DNA of 64,000 nt from Sphagnum compactum (taxonomy: Eukaryota), in the NCBI GenBank assembly GCA_965153455.1, contig OZ234494.1:12710001-12774000 (forward strand), in the 5' to 3' direction. Below are positions 54,390 through 64,000 of the stretch, in pieces (within the stretch, counting starts at the first letter, position 1; each line of letters opens with the position of its first letter). Under the pieces are notes generated by a model. The model did not search any database, was not told where the DNA came from, and saw only the letters and a program-made list of their open reading frames with translations. The translations under genes were made by a program, and so were the position numbers.

Positions 54390-55629
54390 TTACTTCTGTT
54401 CCTGCTGCTCTGCCTGCATGATCTTAAGAACCTTCTGCCATGAAGGCCGGGAAGAGATATCCTCCCACCAAGCATTGAGATGCTTCCTGGAGGTGAAGAG
54501 CTCGCCCTTCTTGGCAGCATTGATGAGGTAATTGGTAACAGGAATGTGAGCAAGATCAGCCAAGCTGAAGAAATCGCCTGCCAAGTACTTGCGATGGGTG
54601 AGCTGTGCTTCATAGACGTCCAGTATCTTCTCCAGCTTCTCCAGCTGCTCCTTCAGGACTGCTTCGTTGGTGGGTCTCCCTTCCACGATTTGCGAGAACA
54701 CGCATTCAAACACAATCTTCATCGCACAAGGATTGTAGTTCTGAGATTCCACTTCTAACCATTGGTTGACTAGCGCCTTGTCGCGCACTGTCTTGCCGAA
54801 CAACGCTGTTCCCTGTCCTTCGTACTTGTCGCTAATGTATCTTGCGATGGCACGCGACTCTGATATTAAACATTAGCGGAAGAACAGAACATCAGCACAT
54901 GAAATTGAAGAAATCGGAGGAAGAGGAAGAAGACTTGTATCGAAGAAGAATCCAATTTCCCTGCTGCAGCACTGCAACCAACTACATACATGTTTCCTTG
55001 AAATCCGAAGACTAGTGGGAATAGTAATTAGTGCTCACCGTAGAGGGTAAAATCTCCATCCTGGAAGGCGGGAATCTTTCCGAAAGGCTGTAAAACATGA
55101 ATCAAACAAATTTTCTTAAGCTTCACAACATGATCGCAAAGAACCTCGAAATGCAGCATTCGTAATCATTCATCACCAGAGATCAACGCCCTCACAGCTG
55201 ATCTTGACCCATATGCAGCTCTGGGCTTTACCAATTCAAGCCGTCCAGAAAAGATCACGATCTGGAGCCCAGCTACTGTACCACAATCTACTACACATCA
55301 GATCCTTCAATTTCCAGCTGAGTTCATGATGGTTCTTCCGGAGGAAGATGATCGTATCTGGTACTGCAAAACCAAAGCATCCGATCCCCATGAAGAATAT
55401 TAAACTTGAAAGTGTTGCAGAGGACTAGAGAGATGGAACAAAGAAGGTGGGGGGGGGGGGGGGGCACGGCCAGTACCTGTAACTTGCGGTACTCGGGTGT
55501 CAAGTGAGCGCCAGTGAGTAGATCAATGGGGACAATCTGGTAGTCATTCACTTTCTTCTCAGCAAGAGTGGTGAGCACTATGTTCAAGGGGGCGGAGTAG
55601 GCCTTTCCGTAAACCTTAAGGGACGCCAT
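54390..55629 (-). CDS. Glutathione S-transferase, phi class
   Basis: Exons 55629-55477, 55087-55039 (49 nt, typical of phi GSTs) and 54859-54390. Motifs LQPFGKIPAFQDG, ESRAIARYI, QWLEVESQNY and YLAGDFFSLADLAHIP. Confidence 0.93.
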
Positions 55630-55894
55630 GGGTTCAAGTTTTTCCTCAACAGTACACCTCAGGAGAGAGAGAGAAAAAAAACAGGCAATCCAAAGCTTCG
55701 AATTTGAAAATTCGAGCTCAGAAGAAGACCCGCACGAGTATGCAAATATTCAATGGAGCTCCGAAGAAGACCCCGAAGAGTATGCGAATATTCAGTGGAG
55801 CTCAGCAGAAGAGCCGGAGGTCCAAGAGCTCAACAGCAATGCAAAAGAAGGCCGAAAAGAAGGGCGATGTTGGAGAAAGCAAAACTGAGCGAGC

Positions 55895-55901
55895 TTTTAT
55901 A
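55895..55901 (-). promoter_or_regulatory. Probable TATA box of the GST gene
   Basis: CTCTATAAAAGC on the minus strand in a GC-rich context, about 270 bp upstream of the ATG. Confidence 0.55.
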
Positions 55902-57899
55902 GAGGCCATGGAGCGGGAGCTGGGCAACTTCGCCAGGAACTTCCCTTTCTTTCTGCTCCGCGGGCAGGAGTCTTCGTTCCGGACCAAGAGCGGAAAGATC
56001 GCACGGACGTGAGAGGAATATTCCGGACCGTCTTCCTTCCGGCACACTTGGGCCGCCTTTTTAATTCAGTGGCGAAATTTCGCCAAAAAAAAGCGAAATT
56101 GAAAACTAAAAATTCCAAACTAAGAAGTAGTTCTGGAGGTTTTCAATCGCCAGTAGTGAGGAAAATTATAATAAGAGGGCTTGAAACTCACAACTCACAT
56201 CCATGAAGTCTGATTATTGATAACCTCTTATTATACTGGCAAATCTTTTTGGTCAAAAAGCAAAATTAAAAAAATTAAAAAATAATAAATTTAATCATGT
56301 GATTTTGGATGTTTTATATGTCCAAAAAAAGGAAAAAAAACAAAAAAAACAAAATTTATTCAAATATTTGTATATTTGGGTTTTTCAGTGTGTAGCCCAG
56401 AATATATAAATGATGATTAAAGATTTGTACTTTATTTCTCTAGTTTATAGCCAGATTTGGCTATAAACTAATCTTCCTAGAGATGACACTAGGTTTTGTA
56501 CATCTGCCTATGGGCGATAATACTGATGTCGTAATCCGTCGATAACTCCAAAAGGAAAATGTGAATTCATATTTGATATTTTATGTTTTAAGTCATTTAA
56601 AATACTATATTGGGGGTTCAATTTGGATTATTTACATTTTTGTCCAGAATTTAAAACATTCCAAAACTCTAACTCCCAAATTGATTCCTACTTGGGAGTG
56701 TTTAAGACTTTTTCCCAACTTTAAATTGACAAACCCCTCTCACAAGTTAACATTGAATATCCATAGTTGACAAGTTGACACTGGATAGTTGATGGATAGT
56801 AAGGTTAAAGTTAGGGTTAATTTTTGTGTTAATGTTCATTTTTAAGGTTAGGGTTCATTTCTCATTTTGCATGTCCAGCTTGAAATGACATATCAAACAT
56901 TAAAAGTTATTTTTGCAAAGGACTCCCTTTTTGCCATCTCCATTGCCTTTTTGAATGTAATGCAATGGAATATTATTGCCTTAGGTGTCTTGTTCATGAA
57001 GGCAAAGTAATGCAAGTTGACAAAGTTCATAGATTGTAATTGTACCTACAAATTCTAGAAGATCGTGAATAGGTAAACTTTATTAACATTTGGTATTTTT
57101 GTTTGATCATTTGTTTGTTTATTCTTAAAGTTAATGTCTTTGCCATTGCATGTTTGTTCGTTTGTTCTAAGAACATTACCTCTACCATCATGATTACCTC
57201 TAGGCTTGTTTGTTTACTCCTAGAGGTGGACATTGCCATTGCCACCATGATGTGTGTGTGTGTTTTTTTTTGTTTTTGAAAATGTTATTTATATCATTGA
57301 GACATGCATGCTTGTTTGTTGGTCTTAAAGGTGTTATGTCTACCTACATAAAACACATGGTTCTGTGTTTGTTTTTAATCACCATTGCTTTTGCCATGAT
57401 CACCTTTGGTTGGTGATCTTGGTGGTTTGTTTGGGTATTGTGGTTGTTGAAAACAACAAACTTGGATTAGTTAGCAACATGCATTCTTATTTGTTTGTTG
57501 TTTATTCCCAAAGTTGATGCTTTTGCCATCACCTTTGGTTGGTAATCACAACATTTTGTTGGGTATTATGGTTGTTGAAGGCAACAATTTTTACAAACTT
57601 GTTAGTTGCAAAAAACATGATGACAAGATAAATATGGCATTTAAAAATAAACTAAACTTGGAAAATGCTCAAACTAACCTCAATCCATTCTTAATTGGAT
57701 TTGCAAATCATGTGAGTAATATTACCATTGACATTTTGCAAGTAGTTGATGTGATTGGAGGTGGGGACTTTTAGGCTGGAAATGTTATTACTAATGCACA
57801 CTAAGTTTAAATGCATTTGGAGGAGTTGAAAAAGTAGGGTTTTGTTTGGAAGCTTCGTATAGTCATAACTTTTCGACATGGTTTTTTTTTCAAGGTAAA

Positions 57900-59930
57900 C
57901 AACAACTAGCCTATAAATCTCAATGTCAATTAGATTATGAAATGCATAATCAACCATAATCATATGTGGGGCCTGCAATTTTGGCCTTGTGCATAAGGTG
58001 TTTGTAAAGATTTGATTACATACCACAAAGTTAATGGCATTATTGCCATGAAAAAACATGTGGAGTTCTTGCATAAAAATTTGCTTACAAAGTATTTGGA
58101 ACATGTAGCTAATTAGTTTAGATCAACACACTATTGGGAACCAATTAGTAAGAAGTCCTACATTACTCCCATTATCATCTATTTTTTTGCAATTACTACC
58201 CCATTTACAAAAAAACACTTCACACAAAAAGCTTTCATGGAAGATGTCATGTTATATGTGATCAAGGAGTTTTTGCCATTGAAAATTGTGGAATCCATTT
58301 GGTTCCAAAGGTTAATGTACAAGTTGTGCCGGTGGTCTTCCCATCTTGAAAGGTTTTTGTTGAAAAAGTTTTATTGGCATTAGTGCAAAAAACTTTGGTG
58401 GAGTATGTGCAACCCACATTAGCCACTTATGTGTTAACCATTTGTACCTTTGATCTTTGGATGAGTAAAGGAACATAGAATGTGTTTGTTGTGCTTATAA
58501 GTTTCATCTTAAAGAATTGGTAGCCCAAGCATGTAACAATTGGTTTATTTGAAGCATTTGATACTTTTGGTGTAGTTATGGTTTTCTACCTCCAACAACT
58601 CCTTGACAAACTTTTTTTTAGTCAAAAGGTTCTAGCTTATGTAAAAGATGAATGGGGTTAATTTGCAAACGTGTGCATTACCCTTGAATTTTATCATCTT
58701 GGGGATGTTTAAACCTTTTTTATTTTTCTATTTATGTATTTCTCTTTTATGTTATGTCTTTTTTGGTAGATTTTGTTTTGTGTTTTTTTCTTGCAAATGT
58801 GAGAGGATGTTTATAAATTGTTTTGATTTTTGGTGTTAGACTAGGTTGTTTATTTTTTGGGTTAGTCATTGAAGGTTTGCAAGTTAGGTTTGATTATTCT
58901 TTAACTTTCCATTTAACAATTGCTTTGTATTATTTTCAACAAACAGAAACATTGCAAAACCATCTACCATCTCCGAAAACCTAAGCAATATGTGAAGTTG
59001 TCAAACTATTGGCACCCATAATAATTAGGCGTGTGATGAAACAAAGTTGTGGACATTGTTTACTTAGAGATGCCTTATAGTTTATAATTTCCACATGTTA
59101 TGAGCTAAACAATGAACTTGCACATCAAATTATTTGTGACAATTTGACTAATTTGGATGTAATTATTTTTGATGTAGAGTTGAAAAAACTTTAGATTTGC
59201 ATGAAACATCAAATTTTGGAAGTGCTTTTACCTTTCATTTTTTTTTGGGGGCATGGATTTAATAGGAAAAATGGTCACTAGATGTTAACACTTCTGCTAG
59301 GTTTGAAGTTTAAAAGTATGCATTTAATCACATCATATGTTGGTTGTGAGAATGCAACTAGTTTGGTTGTCAATTATGGCTAATAGTTATTATTGTTTTT
59401 GTTTTGTAGTTTGACAAATCATTAATGCCTTTTGCAATTGAAGAGCTTCAGGTGTTACCTTTGCAAGTGGATTTTGAAATTTTATTTCACACCATTGAAA
59501 CAAATCTGAACGCCTTGAAACATTTTGATTTAAGAGAACTTCATGGATTTTGCTATTATCCCATTGAGGTGAATTACAAATGTGCCTTGAGTTGGTGGTG
59601 GACAAAATCACGAGGTGGACAAAATCACACAAATTCCCTGATGTTGCAAAGTTGGTGAAACACATCTTAAACATTCCAACTTCATAAATCAAGATTGAAA
59701 AGATTTTTTCATTATTCAAATCCTCACATGACTTTATAGATGCCATTTTCAAATCGAGAATCTTGACAAATTAATATTTGTCAACAAGAAGTGCCCATTG
59801 GATCTATACATTGGTTGTTACAAGCATTTTAACTTAGCAAGCACATGTGAAACAAAATTTGATTTAACAAAAGAGCTTGAACTTGAATTTGATGATGGAA
59901 TGGAATGCGAGGAGTTCCTAGAAGTTTTGT
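57900..59930 (+). mobile_element. Decayed hAT-like transposase region, copy 2 (same family as 13390-16250)
   Basis: Fragments AMKKHVE, MEDVMLYVIKEFLPL, CTFDLWMSKG, LSWW, KIEKIFS and NLDKLIFVNK occur in the same order as in copy 1, with many stops. Confidence 0.72.
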
Positions 59931-60987
59931 GATGCCATTCATTGACCTCACTACCCAACAAAGGCAAAACATGTCTTTGAATTTTCATTATATTTTTTTA
60001 TTAGAGGTTTATTTTGTTTTCAATGTAGATTTTTTTTTTGCTTTTAGGGGTTTACAAGTTTGTAAAGTTTGAAAAATTGATGGTGATGTATAGCTTCTTA
60101 CAAATCAAGTGCATTTGGCATCTTTATTTTTAGCATAGCCCATAGTTTGTAGAAAAAAGAAGTTTCCATGCTTAGTTTGGGGATCCAACCCAAGGTTTTC
60201 CCCATTTTGTTTTCCACCATGAGTAGCATTCCTGAATAATGGAACCAGTGTAGAATGCAGACTACCACCAATTCCACCTCGGAAAAAAAAAACTCTACAA
60301 AAAGTACCAGAATAAGACCTTAAAACCCATTATGTACAGAAAAGGACTCATAGTACATTACGGAGTACAATAACCCAAAAAAAAAAAAACTTAAAAAGTC
60401 ATAATAACCTCACAGGCAGGCATTCCATTTTGTAATTTCCCATTGTTCGGGCCTATATTGGTCTGCCTCAGTCATTACACCATGTAATGTCCCCTCCCAA
60501 GGCATTGCCCTACACCTAGAAAATGTGCCTTAGAATTAAGGAGAGCCACAAAAACATGCACCAAAAACTCAAGAGAGAAAAACAGTGACAATTAACGTAT
60601 TTCCCCTCTTCAGTTTTTGTAGCTTTTGGCACAATTGCAAGTAAAACACTGAAATCTAATTGAAGCTGCTAGCTACATGAGATAATATGAGAGCCTGTCA
60701 AAGAAAGTTTTTTGGTTTCCAACATCTTGATGCAGAAAGTGTAGAATTTATTGGCAAAAACTTCATGAAACACAGGCTCTACTGTCGCCCAAATGTTGAA
60801 GATAATTTTGACTAAACGTAAAATTTCCATCATGTTTCATTGGTTGAAAATGATTTAAAAACTCAAAGAAATTAGCTACTGTATTGGCACAATGTACAAT
60901 AAACCAGAGTAGTTGCAGTCTATATTGAACTACTCTGGTTTATTGTACATTGGTTCTGCTGCAGAATTGCTTAGGCACAAAACCACA

Positions 60988-63900
60988 TCACAGTTTGGAG
61001 ATGGGTTTTTGTGTGAGCTCTCTCCGCAGAATTTTGCCAGATGAGGATCTGGGTATGGCTTCTAAGAATGTCACCCTCCGCAGCTTTTTGTAAGGTGCAA
61101 CCTGCACACCCCATGCATTCAATCAAGAGCATCATCAGTAGTGCGCAAACACAAAGCCAATAAACAAACCACTCTAGTTGTTTGATATCCTCGACTAATC
61201 CCTGATCAATTAAGTCTTTTCCAAACATAATTTTTCTCCAAATTGTTGTCTAAATTACACAGGGGAGTAGAAGCGCTAAGGGAGGAGTTGTTAATGTGAT
61301 ACACAGTCCAGTAAATCTGTCTAAAAGACCTGACACAGAAAAAAGATATTGTAAAACTCCTGAGAACAATGCAGGCATGTAAAAAAATCAAACCTGTTCA
61401 GCAACAAAGTCCAAAACTTGCTTTTCTGTTACTAGGTGTTCTGGATTGCAAACAATATATGCAATGGGTACTTGGCCGGCTTCTTCATCTGGAAGTCTGG
61501 ACATTAACAAAAACATGTGCATTAAGCAGCAATCACTGTCATGTTCATTGTGTTCACAAGAAAGAAGATTGTGTGAACTTCCTTATTTTTATGGAGTCCA
61601 ACCTCACCTACAATCTTCTGCACAAACTCTCATGGCCATTGTTAGAAGTTCTGCTTGCACAGGTGAATCTGAGTTAGTATTAGGGTTCTATGTGTTGCAC
61701 CATTATGAGGATGGGTTTGTTGTTATGTAGTTAATGATCATTGACAGCAACAGGTGTAAGCACTGACAAGGTAGAGCAACACACCATTCATTACTCAGGA
61801 CTCTAATTTGTTGATTAGAGAGGAAGGGAAAAAATAGGCAGACAAATCAATTCAAACATAAGTTCTCAAGCGAAGCTAATGGGGAAACTTCTGATGAATA
61901 TTTTTGCAAGGGAAAAAATACATTCAAATGGAAATAGAAGGCAATACAGAATCAACTTACGGGACAACTGCTGCATCAAAGATTGAAGGATGGGATGTCA
62001 AGATTGCCTCCAATTCAGCTGGTGCAACCTGTGCAGAAAAGTACAAGGGAGGTGAATTCCACAACTCGTGTCATTTGCCACAACATTTCAGCAAGCAATT
62101 TCTTTTGTCTTAAGAAATGACATCATTTGAGCAACTGTTCTTCCAGTCTTCTCCATTGCAAAATAACAACAACAAGAGTCCTTCTCAACACCATTTTTGG
62201 AAATGCATCACCAAAGGCAATGATCAATTTTCCCCTTACAAAAAAATTCCTTTCACCCACAATATGCAAATCACCAGAAATGTCTGCCACCTAACAAAGA
62301 CAGCAATCAATTTCTTTCCCCTTATAAATAAAAATTCCTTGGACCCATGATATGAAAAATCACCTGGAAACCCTTGTATTTGATAAGTTCCTTGATGCGG
62401 TCCACAACAAAGAGGCAGCCATTGCTATCAATGTAAACCAAGTCTCCTGTGTGTAGCCAACCCTGTTTGTCCAATGTTGCTGCTGTTGCTTCCGCATTGT
62501 TCAAATACTCTATTGTTGTTCCACCACACCCAAAATTGCCCAAAACCCCAGTGCACAGAAAACATAATCATCATCAAATGTGAAAGTAAGACTGTGCAAA
62601 ACCATAGTAGCAAGCAAGCTGGCTGCAAGATAAGGATCAATTGAAAAATTGGATAAAGAATATCCAAACAGCTTCCATGGACAAAAGGAAAACAGCAAAA
62701 AAAAATTATTAAAAAAAAAAAAAAAACAAACAAACAAACCAAGCAAGGAAAGAGGAAGAGAAGAGACGACAAAATTGGCATTGAGCAAGCATCCAAACAG
62801 CTTCCATGGACAAGAGAAAAACCAAAAAAATAAAAACACCAAACAAACAAACTGAGTAAGGAAAGATGAAGAAAACAAAGAGACAAGGGAATTGGCACCA
62901 AGCAAGGATCCAAACAGCTTCCATTGACAGAGGAAAACAGAAAAAGAAACAAACTGAGCAACTAAAGAGCAAGAGAAGAGAAAGAGAAGAGAAAGAGACA
63001 ACAGAATTAGCACTGAGCAAGCATCCAAACAGCTTCCATTGACAGAGGAAAACAGAAAAAGAAACAAATGAGCAACTAAAGAGCAAGAGAAGAGAAAGAG
63101 ACAACATAATTAGCACTGAGCAAGCATCCAAACAGCTTCCATGGACAAAAGGAAAACAGAAAAAAGAAAAGAAACTAAGCAAGGAAAGAGGAAGAGGAAG
63201 AGAAGAGAAGATGCTGATGATTGCATGAATCCCAAGTGATGTTGCAACAGCAGCAGCAGCAGCAGAGTAGTGTGGCATCAGTTTGACAGAACTGTGAAGC
63301 AGAAAGTTATGCAGAGAGGAGGAGGATCAGTTGTGAAGCTTCCTTACCTTGCATAAGAGAAGGACCGCGTATCCAAAGCTCGCCTGTGCAGTTAGGGGGA
63401 AGAAAGCGACCCGTCTCGACATCCACAACCATGGCTTCGAGCATGTTCACCAGCCAGCCAGCAGATCCGTAGCTCGATTTCAAGTCTCGTTTCCTGTCCT
63501 TGCTCACTGGAATGGTGCTTGTTCCCATGGACGTAGACTCTGTCAATCCATATCCCTAGAAACAACATGGAAACAAGCACAAAAGTCCATGTTCAGCGGC
63601 GTTTTTGCAAAGCGCCGGTCCTTCGCACAGAGAGAGAAACAGAGAGCGAGAAACTAGAGAAGAAGAGAGATAGATACCTACCTGGTTGATAGTTGCGTTC
63701 GGGAACTTTGCAGCGCAACGTTCGGTCAGTTCCTTACTGAGAGGTGCTGCGCCGCAGGCGATGTTGGTGACGGAGCTCACGTCGTATGCGTCCATCACGC
63801 CGGGTCTGCAAAGAGCCAAGACGATTGGGGGAACGACGGGAAGACTCGTGACTCTGTACTTTTGAATGGTTTCCAGCATCTCGAAGATGCCGAACTTGGA

Positions 63901-64000
63901 CATGACGACCACTGTCGCACCGCGTCGAAGATCGGCGCATCCCATGAGAGCCAGCCCAAAGACATGGAAGAAAGGAACCAGGCCCAGCACCACCTCATGA
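60988..64000 (-). CDS. 4-coumarate:CoA ligase-like peroxisomal acyl-activating enzyme, 3' portion
   Basis: Exons >64000-63682, 63555-63348, 62509-62364, 62028-61961, 61496-61394 and 61101-60988. Motifs [57 protein letters not shown] and GKILRREL, ending in ISKL* (PTS1). Confidence 0.93.
62655..63200. repeat. Intronic tandem array, about 5 units of 100-130 bp
   Basis: ATCCAAACAGCTTCCATKGACA recurs about five times with A/G-rich linkers inside the 4CL-like intron 63347-62510. Confidence 0.85.

Noticed and set aside
47729-64000. CaM, GST and 4CL-like genes as a stress or biosynthetic gene cluster
   Set aside because: They are common multigene families separated by TE debris, with no sequence evidence of a shared pathway or regulation.

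Overview
Eukaryotic, intron-rich, AT-rich land-plant DNA; gene style and repeats suggest a bryophyte, probably a Sphagnum-like moss (inference). It has seven spliced protein genes: a TEBICHI/POLQ helicase-polymerase (5' part, minus, runs off the window start), UER1/NRS-ER (minus), U2AF65 (16 coding exons, minus), chloroplast FtsH2/8 (plus), calmodulin (minus), a phi-class GST (minus) and a peroxisomal 4CL-like acyl-CoA ligase ending in SKL (3' part, minus). Intergenic DNA holds a TIR-bounded decayed PIF/Harbinger element, two decayed hAT-like copies, a solo LTR with perfect 5-bp TSD, a probable non-autonomous Helitron nested in a pogo-like MITE, small MITEs and tandem repeats. I found no CRISPR array, tRNA or rRNA. 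The most unusual signal is in the U2AF65 introns: a ~220-245-nt structured element present in two introns, with box C/D-like motifs and a terminal stem showing one compensatory change. The gene also has a candidate poison exon and a hairpin-rich intron. Splice sites and coordinates were read by eye and may be off by a few bases.
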